From positions 117,118,001 through 117,182,000 of the forward strand of contig NC_042999.1 of the NCBI RefSeq assembly GCF_006345805.1: 64,000 nt of DNA. The letters are read 5' to 3'. This DNA is from Octopus sinensis (taxonomy: Eukaryota). The notes beneath the pieces were generated by a model. The model was not told where the DNA came from, made no database searches, and was given only the letters and a program-made list of their open reading frames with translations. This document shows, piece by piece, positions 26,341 through 37,380 of this stretch (position 1 is the stretch's first letter; every line of letters begins with the position of its first letter). The position numbers were made by a program, and so were the translations under genes.

Positions 26341-26445
26341 ATTTTTTTTTTTTTTTTCCAACAGTCTAATATGTTGTGTGTATATAAATAATAATAATAA
26401 TATAATAATAATAATAATAATATAATAATAATAATAATAATAATA

Positions 26446-27003
26446 AATGCCCTGATGCAGTACCAGGCAGTGGCTCTCATGGCTTCTGATCTTAACTGAT
26501 TGGAAGTGTTATCATGTACATTGTTTTGTCTTGGTATAAAAGATGGGCTACAGCAAATATTCTGCTCAATACCACAGATTTGCTTGTCAGTTGTTTGACC
26601 TTAACCAGTTGAGCATGTCCCTTAGTGGCTGACGATATGTGCATCTCTGATCACGAGCAGAAGTAGTGGGGGAGCATCATAGCCATGTGTTGAGAGGGAT
26701 TCTTTGGGGTTTGAATAGTTCATCTCTGGAAACATGGGTGGTTCTTTCAACATCCTTAAACAACCCTTATTCAGGGACCGTTTGAGCGGGATGGGCTACT
26801 CAACCTGAAGAAAATTCTAACTGGGCCCCACCCGCAAGGTCATGTGCTGTTTATCTTGATATGAGATCACCATGTCGCGCACATATGGTTGTGATGCATG
26901 TGCCTGGTGTACCTTTATCAGACGGGTAGTCATGATGGGTATATTGGGCTTCGTATATTTTACCCCAGTGTCACTTTGATGGCATGAACTGCTCTCTCAC
27001 TCA
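26446..27003. mobile_element. ~560-bp non-coding element embedded in (TAA)n, class undetermined
   Basis: Sharp boundaries with (taa)n on both sides and higher GC than the flanks. A deletion derivative with the same ends lies at 27023-27053. Confidence 0.55.
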
Positions 27004-27117
27004 ATAATAATAATAATAATAAATGCTCTGATGCAGTACCAGGCTCTCACTCAATAATAATAATAATCATCATCATCGTCGTTTAACGTCCGTTCTCCAT
27101 GCTAGCATGGGTTGGAC

Positions 27118-27169
<52 letters not shown>

Positions 27170-27659
27170 CCAGTCACTATAGGTATAAGGTCTGAGGAGT
27201 AGGTTAGTCAACTATATCAATTCCAGTGCTCAATTGGTACTTATTATATCTACCCTGAAAAGATGAAAAGCAATCAATTTTTTTTTATTTGCCACCCTTT
27301 CACTCCTTTTTCTTTTTCCTCTACACTTATTCCCAGATCTTCAATCTAATATCATGTATGTCTTCCCTTTGAAGTACCTCTCTACACGTTCATTACCATG
27401 CTCGTATCTGATCACAGTTACCTCCCCTACATGGCAAATATCTGTAATAACAACTCATTCTCATAGCTCATGTGTGTGTGATGTGAAAATGGAACTGAAT
27501 TCAAAACTATGGAAAGATAAGGGGTACCCACACACCAATCATGTTTTGTCTCCTCCTATCTATGATACCCTCTTGTTTTTCTTTTACATGGTCTCTCTTC
27601 CTCCCTGACTCTCTCTATAATATTTGTCATATCAAAAAAGAAAAGCAAAAGAATCAAAA

Positions 27660-27870
27660 GTCCTTCCGCAGCCATAGGCTCATAAGGCTGGTTTGCAAGA
27701 TTCTGCAGTATATATTCCCTGCAAGATTACTCATGCTAGCTAAATGGACTAGAACGATATGAAAGGAATTGTTTTACTAAAGAACACAGCACATTGCCCT
27801 GTCCAGCAGTGGAAACTATTATCTTAGAATCTCGAGTGCAGCATCCTGACCATTAAACCACACACCTCCA
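27660..27870 (-). mobile_element. Degenerate tRNA-derived SINE
   Basis: Minus-strand head gaggtgtgtggtttaatggtcagg..; body similar to 32466-32801. Confidence 0.5.
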
Positions 27871-27886
27871 CAGTAGTTTTGTAGTG

Positions 27887-27957
27887 GTTAAAGGTGTATC
27901 AGAAAGTGTTGAGGTGAACAGTTAAAGGTGTATCAGAAAGTGTTGAGGTAAACAGTT
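27887..27957. repeat. 34-bp direct tandem duplication
   Basis: gttaaaggtgtatcagaaagtgttgaggt(g/a)aaca x2. Confidence 0.9.
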
Positions 27958-29213
27958 GCGATAGGCATGTGGATGCATTCGAAGTAATTAAGTGAATGAC
28001 ATTGATTTATAGTTTAAATAATTTATTTACTGGACTTGCTGTTGGTATACATGATTCTTTACTACATGAATTTGTTGTCAACTGCTACGAGTTGAGAGGA
28101 ATAAAAACAGGGTACATCTGTGGATGTGATGTGTTAAAACTGAATATGCTTTGTGTCTGTGTGTGTGTCGTTCATCTGAGAAAGTAGTAGGCTATCTCTA
28201 GTCTTGACTGCCTGTCTTCTGACTGCCTGTCCCTTTGCTGACCATAGTATTTATAACAGCTGTGGCAGCTAGAAGGATAGACATACTGCAGGAGAGATTG
28301 TGTCTAAATAGGTCAGCTCCTGTCCATTTGAACTTCGCCTGACATGGCTGAGGTCGTAGGTCAAAGGCAGATGATTTATCATTTTTTTGACAGGACAAAG
28401 AAAATTTCTTCGTACCTGTCGGTCCATGGTGGTTCAGATGAACAAGAATCCTTATATTCAGTTTCGAATATAAACTTGGAGGAAAGAAGTGTTAGTTTTT
28501 ACATAGCTTACCATTATATGGACCTCATATATTTTCCTCATTTCTGCCCAACCTATGCTGATCATCTGCGTCTGTTGCTGATATCTCGTCTTCATGTAGC
28601 ATCTAACCCCTTAAGCATGCTTCATACAGCCTGCTTGTTGCATATAGAAACCTTTTGTTGTTAACCGATCTCTGAACTTCTTTCACCATATTTTTCATGA
28701 GAAGAAGTAGGGCAGCAAGCCAAGACTTTTACTGAGCCTTTGATACTGTTGGTGAGAAAATAGTATTCATCTTATATAATCCTTGTGACACAGATTTCAT
28801 CTACCCCATTTAATTTACAGTATTTGGGCTAATGTGGGGTTTTGATTGGAATCACATAACTGTAAAGTGAAATTCTTAATGACACAGTCATGCCTGTACC
28901 CACAATACTTTTATTACAACAACCTCAAGTGAGAATTTAGGTCATATAGATAACAGAATCTACCACTTACTTCTTGTGAGCAATGAGTATTTCATTGATT
29001 ATATTTCATACAGATAATGCATCAGATGTCCTAGTTGTCTATTAATCTGCAAGACATCTTAATGGGCATTTTAAGTAACTATTATTTTTCCAGTGTACAT
29101 AGTCTAAAGTTCATGCAAAATTATTTTCCATCATGCTGAGTTTGATCACTTCTCTTCCCATCTGACACTAGGATAGCATGTCTATTTCATGTCCAAAGAT
29201 AAGTGGATGGTTG

Positions 29214-29688
29214 TTAACTCTTTAGCATTTAAATTGGCGAATTCAAGCCAAAATAGTTTACCTCTGTTTTATTTTTAAACTGGACAGATTCAGCCTTTCA
29301 CACCTACTTGATGATGTCATTCTTAAAATAAATAATTACATCATCGAAATCTTGAAGCTACAAGATAATGCATGATTTATTCTTAACAATGAAAATTAAT
29401 ATGTATTACACTTGACAGAGTAATCTGAATGGCAAAGGGTTAATTATCTGTGACTTTGGCAATATAATAATATTCTTTTGTTAACCCTTTTGATGCCAAA
29501 CTGCTGAGGCTGCACCTGGTTCTATGATACAAGCTTCCTGTTTTAAAGTGATCTAAATTAAAACTTTTCATCAAAATTTCACATTAAGTTTTGTTCTAAA
29601 GACTAACTTAATGTCCAAATTAATTTGCTAAATTCTTCATAAAAAAAAACAACATATTTCAACAGAAATTTAGTAACAAAAGGATTAA
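29214..29688. mobile_element. Two adjacent TTAA-type MITEs (family A 29214-29443; family B 29481-29688)
   Basis: ttaac.cttt..aaagggttaa ends. Family B is also at 53480-53707, with an end at 21-143. Confidence 0.7.
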
Positions 29689-29899
29689 GTACTTTTGGTC
29701 TTACTCTGCACCTTATATTGTGCATAACATAACTTTATGAATCCATATTGTTCTTGATTATTGCTTTCAAACTGTTAACTTATGCTGATGATCTTGGACA
29801 ATTTCAGAATTTGTAGCTGCTGTAATTGCCATCAACACCACAACCACCGCTACCACCGCTGCCACCACCACCACCTTCAGAGGAAGGTTAACAGGGAAA

Positions 29900-31060
29900 C
29901 TAGCTTTTGTATGCGGAAGATACACAGGTACAATAAATGCTGAAAATGTGCAGAAAATAGACTTCCTCAACTGTCAGGGGGGCAAGCTAGAGGTAGTAGA
30001 TAGCTTCTGTTATCTAGGTGACTAAGTTAGTAGTGGAGTGGGGTGCTTCGAGGGCATAACTGTGAGAATAAGATAGATTAAGCAAAGTCCAGTGACCTCC
30101 TATATCTACTGGCAACAAAGAGCCTCTCTCTTACAGTGAAAGGCAGATTGTATGATGCCCTGTGTGTGAACAGGTATGCTACATGGGCTATGATAGCTGA
30201 GGACATGCGTAGGCTTGAAAGAAATGAAGCCAGTATGCTTCACTGGATGTGCAATGTCAATGTGCATGTTCGATAGAGTGTAAGCATCTTGAGAGAAAAG
30301 TTAGGCATAAGAGGCATCAGATGTGGTGTGCAAGAGAGACAACTGCACTGGTATGGTCATGTGATGCATATGGACGAGGACAATTGTGTAAAGAAGTGCC
30401 AATCTCTAAGGACGAACAGGTGAAGCAGGATCTTTGAACTTTTGAGCTTCACAGAGGCAATGACTAGTGACTGGGACCTTTGGCGATATGCTGTAGTTGA
30501 GATGACCTGTCAAGTCGAGTGAAATCGTAGTCATGGCAGATGTTGGTGTCATATAACTGGCACCCACGCCAGTGGTATGTAAAGAGCACCATTGGAGCAT
30601 TGGACCGCACGGACACAAAGTGGCTTTGTTCCTTTCAAGCACTGGGTCTCATGGAAGCAAAAGTGGCCGAGTTCCTTTTGAACATTGGGCCTCATGGAGG
30701 CAAAGTAGCTGAGTTCCTTTTGAGTGTTGGGCCTCACAGAGGCAAAGTGGCCGAGTTCCTTTTAAGTGTTGGGCTTCACAGAGGCAATGACTGAGACCTT
30801 TGGCATTACGTTGCACTTGAGAAGATCCATCACTGAGCAAAACTGCAGTCATGGCAGATACTGGTGTCATGCAAATGGCACTCATGCTGGTCGCACATAA
30901 AAGCACCATTACACTCATCCAGCCATAGAAAACCATGTCAAATCAGACTGGAGTTCGGTGCAGCCTTCCAGCTTACCAGCCCTGGTCAAACCGTTTAACC
31001 CATGCCAGGAATGACAATGAACATTAAAAGATGATGGTGATTATGATGATGATGATGATG
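29900..31060 (+). mobile_element. Degenerate RTE LINE 3' fragment containing a 42-bp tandem repeat
   Basis: Aligns by eye with 33650-34880 (KLEVVDSF.YLGD, GRLYDA, RNEASML.WMC, LHWYGHV) and ends in (gat)n. Confidence 0.85.
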
Positions 31061-32465
31061 TGCTATCAAGACAAGGTGACACAAATGCACATACTTTTGC
31101 ATCAATTCACACATATGCAAATACACACATGCATACAGTCATTCACCCATGCACACATATACATATATGCAAACACATATGTAAGTATAAATGTATGTAC
31201 ATATGTATGTGCATGTGTGTGTATGTATGTATGTATGTATCTATCTATAAATCTCTCTCTATATATATGTACATACATATATATATGTATGTGCATGTGT
31301 GTATGTATGTATGTATCTATCTATAAATCTCTCTCTATATATATGTACATACATATATATATGTATGTGTATGTGTGTGTTTATACACACACACATATAT
31401 AAATATGTATAGGAACAAAAGTAAGCCCACACATATGCATGCATACATACAAGCACACACACACACACTCACATGAGAGGCCTCTTTCACCTTCCTTGTT
31501 CCAAATCCACTCACAAAGCTTTGATTAGTACAAGGTTATAGTAAAAGTCATTTATCCTAAGTACTGTACAGTAGAACTGAATTCAAAGCCACAAGCTTCT
31601 TAACTCCACAACCCCATGTCTACAATGTGTCCATTTTTTTTTCAAGATGGTAGACATAACATTTGGTGACAGTTTGGCTGCTATTTTATACTTACTACAT
31701 ATTTGATATGTCTTAGCATTTACTTAAAGGCAAATGGCATCAAACATCAACAAAAATAATCTCTCAAAGTTGCAGTTACTCTTTTCTTCAATTAGTGACA
31801 CAATTCCTCTAATGAAATTCCTGATCAAGTATCAAGCATTCAAGAAAGGTTCACATAAATGAGTGAACTAGTTCTTCCTTAGCAACAAAGGTATTCCAAG
31901 TCAGTAAGCTGGGTGAGATAAATTGTATGATAATCATACTCTATTAAGAGTAGTAAGAAGAGATAAAGTTGTAGTGATATTGCCTATCAATGTTTTTTTT
32001 TTATACAGACTGTTGTTGACTTATGACCACAATTGGTTTGGACCGATTGGTTGTAAGTCGATTTGCTCATAAGTCAGCCTTTAGGCCTACATAGCTTTGT
32101 TTTATATTTTTACATTCTTAAGGTAAATTCTCAGGTAAAAGTCACACATAGTATTCTGTTTGAATGCTGATAATTTGGCGTGGCTGACAGGACATTCATC
32201 CTGTTCTGACATAAATGAAATGAAAATGATTTAATTTGCATAAATAAAATGAAAAGACAATCGATCAACTCTCTTCAGAAGTTGAGAAAATTTCAATAAA
32301 TCAAGAAGTTATCATCTACATTATTTAACGTAGCTTTATTCATCTTCATTGCTTAAATACATATCCATGGTACATGCTACTCTGAGTTGTTTTACTGAGC
32401 TCATTTTCATTACACACACACATACATAACTACATACATACACATATATATGTGTATGTGTGTGT

Positions 32466-32801
32466 GAAGGTGCATGGCTCAGTGGTTAGAGCGTCGAGCT
32501 TACGATCGTGAGGTTGTGAGTTTGAATCCCGGACCGGGCTGCATGTTGTGTTCTTGAGCAAGACACTTTATTTCACATTGCTCCAGTTCACTCAGCTGTA
32601 GAAATGAGTTGTGACGTCACAGGTGCCTGGCTATATCGGCCTTTGCCTTTTCCCTTAGATAATGCTTGTGGTGTGGAGAGGAGAAGCCGGTATGCATGGG
32701 CAACTGCTAGTCTTCCATAAACAGCCTTGCCTGGACTTGTGCCTGGGAGGATAACTTTGTAGGTGCAATCCCATTATCAGTCATGACCGAAGGGGGTCTC
32801 A
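32466..32801 (+). mobile_element. tRNA-derived SINE, third family
   Basis: Head tggctcagtggttagagcg (A box) and gagtttgaatccc (B box), then ttgtgttcttgagcaagacactt. Its tail catgaccga.ggggg is shared with a minus-strand piece at 40415-40450. A related head is on the minus strand at 54255-54525. Confidence 0.8.
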
Positions 32802-32852
<51 letters not shown>

Positions 32853-32860
32853 TAATTATA

Positions 32861-34291
32861 AATAATTACAGAGGTATCAAGCTGTTGGATCAGGTGATGA
32901 AGGTTACAGAGAGGGTCATAACCCAACTAATTAGAGAGAGAGTTAGTTTAGATGAGATGCAGTTTGGGTTCGTGCCAGGGAAAAGTACCACTGATGCTAT
33001 ATTCCTGGTAAGGCAGCTGCAGGAGAAATACCTAGCCAAAGATAAGCCCCTGTACCTGGCTTTTGTTGACATGGAGAAAGCCTTCGCCAGGGTCCCCCGA
33101 TCCCTCATCTGGTGGTCAATGAGGAAACTAGGGATAGATGAATGGTTAGTGAGAGCTGTGCGAGCCATGTACAGGGACGCTGCTAGTAAGGTGAGGGTTG
33201 GCAACGAGTACAGTGAAGAATTCTGGGTAGAGGTAGGGGTCCACCAAGGCTCAGTCCTCAGCCCCCTCCTATTTATCATAGTCCTCCAGGCAATAACGGA
33301 GGAATTCAAGACAGGATGCCCCTGGGAGCTCCTCTATGCTGATGACCTTGCTCTAATTGCTGAGTCACTATCAGAACTAGAGGAGAAGTTTCAGGTGTGG
33401 AAGCAAGGTTTAGAATCGAAGGGCCTTAGAGTCAATCTAGCTAAAACCAAAGTCGTAATAAGTAGGAAGGTAGACAAATCACAAACGCCTTCAAGTAGAT
33501 GGCCCTGCTCGATCTGTAGAAAAGGTGTAGGTAGAAACTCTATAAGATGCACCAAGTGTAAGCTATGGACACATAAGAGGTGCAGCAATGTCAAAGGAAG
33601 GCTAACTAGGAAGATGGTTTTTGTATGTGGCAGATGCTCGGGAGCATTAACCTCTGAAAATCTGCAGAAAACAACTTCCGTCACTTTCCAGGGGAAAAAA
33701 CTAGAAGTAGTTGATAGCTTCCGTTATCTTGGTGACCAAGTCAGTAGTGGGGGTGGGTGTGCTGAAAGTGTAACGGCTAGAGTAAGAATAGCCTGGGCAA
33801 AGTTTAGGGAGCTCTTACCTCTGCTGGTGACTAAAGGCCTCTTGCTCAGAGTAAAAGGCAGACTGTATGATGCATGTGTACGAACAGCCATGCTACATGG
33901 CAGTGAAACATGGGCCGTGACTGCTGAGGACATGCGTAAGCTCACGAGAAATGAAGCTAGTATGCTCCGATGGATGTGTAATGTCAGTGTGCATGCTCGA
34001 CAGAGCGTTAGTACCCTGAGAGAAATGTTGGACCTAAGGAGCATCAGTTGTGGTGTGCAAGAGAGACGATTGCGCTGGTATGGTCATGTGGCGAGAATGG
34101 ATGAAGATAGGTGTGTGAAAAAGTGCCAATCCCTAGCAGTGGAGGGAAGCCGTGGAAGAGGTAGACCCAGGAAAACTTGGGACGAGGTGGTGAAGCACGA
34201 CCTTCGAACTTTAGGTCTCACTGAGGAAATGACCAGCGACCGAGACCTTTGGAAATATGCTGTGCGTGAAAAGACCAGGCAGGACAAGTGA
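32861..34291 (+). CDS. RTE reverse transcriptase, C-terminal ~476 aa, with an internal PHD-like finger
   Basis: NYRGIKLL, QFGFVPGKSTTDAIF, AFVDMEKAF, GVHQGSVLSPLLF, LLYADDL, FRYLG, HGSETW, RRLRWYGHV and RGRGRPRKTW. The ORF-track start at 32783 is a read-through of SINE and (TA)n sequence. Confidence 0.92.
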   Translation, partial: NNYRGIKLLDQVMKVTERVITQLIRERVSLDEMQFGFVPGKSTTDAIFLVRQLQEKYLAKDKPLYLAFVDMEKAFARVPRSLIWWSMRKLGIDEWLVRAVRAMYRDAASKVRVGNEYSEEFWVEVGVHQGSVLSPLLFIIVLQAITEEFKTGCPWELLYADDLALIAESLSELEEKFQVWKQGLESKGLRVNLAKTKVVISRKVDKSQTPSSRWPCSICRKGVGRNSIRCTKCKLWTHKRCSNVKGRLTRKMVFVCGRCSGALTSENLQKTTSVTFQGKKLEVVDSFRYLGDQVSSGGGCAESVTARVRIAWAKFRELLPLLVTKGLLLRVKGRLYDACVRTAMLHGSETWAVTAEDMRKLTRNEASMLRWMCNVSVHARQSVSTLREMLDLRSISCGVQERRLRWYGHVARMDEDRCVKKCQSLAVEGSRGRGRPRKTWDEVVKHDLRTLGLTEEMTSDRDLWKYAVREKTRQDK

Positions 34292-34880
34292 GTCCAGCCC
34301 ACTTATGCATGCCTTTCCTCCCTTGGACACACAAAGACCTGTTGAGGCAAGCGAAGTCGATATCAAACCTCATCCGACGACAGGCACCTATGCCAACCCC
34401 CCTTTGCTTGCGAAGACCTGTTGGGGCAAGTGAAATCGGAATCGAAATTGAACCAATCCTATGACTGGCACCCGGCAGATGCCAGGACCCCTAGATTGGA
34501 GATACGTAAAAAGCACTATCCGAATCATGGCCGATGCCAGCGCCACCTCGACTGGCTTCCGTGTCGGTGGCACGTAAAAAGCACCATCCGAATCGTGGCC
34601 GAAGCCAGTGCCACCTCGACTGGCTTCCGTGCAGGTGGCACGTAAAATGCACCAATCCGACCATGGCCGATGCCAGCCTCGCCTGGCACCAGTGCAGGTG
34701 GCACGTAAAACGCACCCACTACACTCATGGAGTGGTTGGCGTTAGGAAGGGCATCCAGCTGTAGAAACATTGCCAGATAAGACCGGAGCCTGGTGCAGCC
34801 TTCTGGCTTCCCAGATCCCCGGTCGAACCGTCCAACCCATGCTAGCATGGAGAACGGACGTTAAACGATGATGAAGATGA
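32861..34880 (+). mobile_element. 5'-truncated, apparently young RTE-clade LINE
   Basis: Uninterrupted RT ORF to 34291, then a ~590-nt 3' UTR ending in (gat)n. No endonuclease domain (truncated). Confidence 0.93.
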
Positions 34881-34983
34881 TATATGGAGAGAGAAAGAGA
34901 GAGATAGAGAGAGAGAGAGATACATACATATATATCCATATATGTATACATACACACACATACACATATATATATATATACAA

Positions 34984-35051
<68 letters not shown>

Positions 35052-36289
35052 TGTGTGCATGTGTATATGTATATATCTGGTTCTGGTCAAAAGTCTGAGA
35101 GTAAATTATTTTTCTAAAAATGTTTTTATATAAAAATAAAAACTAATCACCTGCAAGATATTTGCTAGTGATAATATTAAGACTACTTTATTTATGTCAT
35201 GAATTAAGATATATGGATGACAAAATATAGTTTCCATATTTTATTTGATATTTCTGCTCCAACAAGGTACATCAATGTTGTATGGATTTATGAAATTGTT
35301 ATCTGAAAAAAAAATACAACCAGAAACTAGAACTTGTGTTTCATTGACAAAAATTCTCTATGTGTGGCATGAAATCTGGCAAATTTCAAGTGGAAAGTTC
35401 AGGTATACAATTTTATTGTTTGGTAATTTTTTTACCTTAGCAACAAAACGTTTTTTTGTTGGTGTAATTCGATTAATCTGTGGTGCTCCGTAATGATTAT
35501 TAAAAAGAGAGTGTACAGAATTCTTTCATTTCAGTTCATACATTGAATTTCTTTTCACTAGAAGCAAGCCTGCCTCACACACATAAATACCTCTATATTG
35601 ACATGCATATAATAAAAGAAGAATGTTTTCACACAATGCATGAAAATACTGCCAGTTCATCTACACAATAGGTCCCCAACTTGATAATCACCCCACCAAA
35701 CCTTGGAAATAGAGCTCATAAAGTTTCATTTTAAAAGTTTGCTGGGACTAAAATGTAAAGAGCTTTATATTTCCACAGAAAATGCTGCTCCACTTTATTG
35801 CAAAAGAACTTGGGAACAGGAAGCCACTCAGCTTCTCTGTTGAATGTGTTGCTCCCTCAGAGACAATACCCAACAGGAAGAGATTTTCCTGCAATGACTT
35901 CTTACCAACACTCAAATTATTTTAACTTCCACTAAAGGCACTGATTCAGTTGAACAAACCACAGATCAAATCGTGGAAGTCTCTTCACCAGAATCAACTG
36001 TGGCATAGGTCATGGCCGATGCACCTGCTTGTCTAACACACGGTCCAAAAGTTGGTGGCTCTTTGAACTCAGATGGCTGCCTGCAGATATAGGTGCTCTC
36101 CTCTCAGTTTCATCTAGATAAGATTGCAAAGTCTTCTATTTATAGTAATGATCACAGTAATAGCTGTCTTCGTAGTTCTAGTTCCTCAATACCACCTGGT
36201 CAGAGTTGGTACCATTATTGGTTTGGTAAAGATGTGTGCAGCTGCAGCTAACCTTACTCTTCCACTGATGGCTCTCTTCTGGAAAATAC

Positions 36290-36907
36290 CAGGAAAATAC
36301 TTGATTAAGAAGTTTGTTATTTTACCAGCTTCTTTTGAAGTAGAGGCAATACTACTTTAGTGTTTTGCTGTTTCTATGTGTTGCTTGATATCTGACTTCT
36401 TGCTATGTTCAATACTGAAAGTGCAATCACATAGACCACAGTTTGCTTCAAAACAGCTTGTGCTCTGTTTGATAAACGGTCATTCGCTGGAATATTCATC
36501 ACTTACGTTTACACTTACGTTTACACTTACGTTTACACTTACGTTTTGGCATCTAGGGACGGATGGATTAGTTTTTAAATTAGAAAGATAGTGGGCCGTG
36601 GCGATTAGTAACAACACACTTTGTAAACAGTATCAAGTTGGAAACATCAGTTTTGTGTAAACTTTTGGCGACACTAGTTTCCTCGTTACATTTAGGTTAT
36701 TTTCATCAAGAGAATATGCAACAAGAATTTACTTATAAAATTACAACTAAGAACCGTAAGAAGGTAGTAAAACTAGATCTTTATTAGGAAATTTGAAAAT
36801 GAACTAAATACAGGACGTTTGGGGTGTCCCTGAAAGGTCAGTACGGACGGGACAAAATTATCAAATATGGGACATGTCCCGTATATAAGGGACGTCTAGC
36901 AACCCTA
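36290..36907 (-). mobile_element. 5' end of a hAT-like DNA transposon with a decayed BED-type zinc finger
   Basis: Terminal tagggttgctagacgtccc with GGGAC/GTCCC subterminal repeats. ATG at 36552 gives MPKRKC; a shifted frame gives ..PFIK..EANCGLCDCTFSIEH.KKSDIKQHIETAKH* (CxxC..H....H). Confidence 0.7.
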
Positions 36908-37266
36908 GCTTTGGGCATAATATAATTAGTCCATCTTTTTTTTCCTTTAGATAAGTGTGGGTTTCCGATAACTTTATTCATATCAAGCATTATAAAGAAG
37001 ATACAAGACTGGAAAATTTTGGGAGTAAACAATTCAAATATATTTTATACAGTAATGTTTTTAAGTGCTCGCGTACAGACATGAGAGGGAGAGGGAGAGA
37101 GAGAACAGGATACTGACTTTGAGAGTCTTTGTGTTCCAGTTAGATATAATCTAATTTAAAAGAAAAGCCTACTTTTTGACATGTTGTTTACCCTTAGTAG
37201 ATTAGAGTTATCTACCTTGGCTGTCACTGCGATATCTATTACGACTCCGTCACTCAGCGGTACAGC

Positions 37267-37380
37267 ATGCTTTCCAACATCTGCAGAATCCAGGCTCGAA
37301 GCCTAAGCCTATCTACTATGAACCGCATTAAACATGTAACTGTAATTGGCGGAGGGTTGATGGGAAGTGGAATTGCACAG
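37267..37380 (+). CDS. HADH: Hydroxyacyl-CoA dehydrogenase, mitochondrial, exon 1
   Basis: MLSNICRIQARSLSLSTMNRIKHVTVIGGGLMGSGIAQ: Arg/Ser-rich presequence plus Rossmann GxGxxG; donor CAG|gtatgt. Confidence 0.95.

Noticed and set aside
28150-29200. Possible old LINE fragment on the minus strand
   Set aside because: The composition is suggestive, but no diagnostic motif could be read.
32466-32545. Functional tRNA gene
   Set aside because: A/B boxes are present, but there is no complete acceptor stem and the sequence continues into a SINE body.
32783-32860. N-terminal extension of the 502-aa ORF (MTEGGLSIYIYI..)
   Set aside because: It comes from a SINE tail plus (TA)n that happen to be in frame; the LINE is 5' truncated.
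34628-34653. Pistol ribozyme (P1 CGUGx/xCACG followed by an A-rich linker)
   Set aside because: The loop complement follows the linker directly, leaving no P2/P3 or catalytic junction.
34500-34720. CRISPR-like repeat/spacer array
   Set aside because: The 'spacers' are homologous to each other, the context is a eukaryotic LINE 3' UTR, and there are no cas genes.
20409-35133. Numerous YIYI/HTHT/CVCV/LSLS ORFs in the ORF track
   Set aside because: Translations of microsatellites that lack stop codons.
35640-36290. Possible coding exon or pseudogene in a GC-richer stretch upstream of HADH
   Set aside because: The most open frame I read has several stops, and I recognised no protein motif or clean splice pair.
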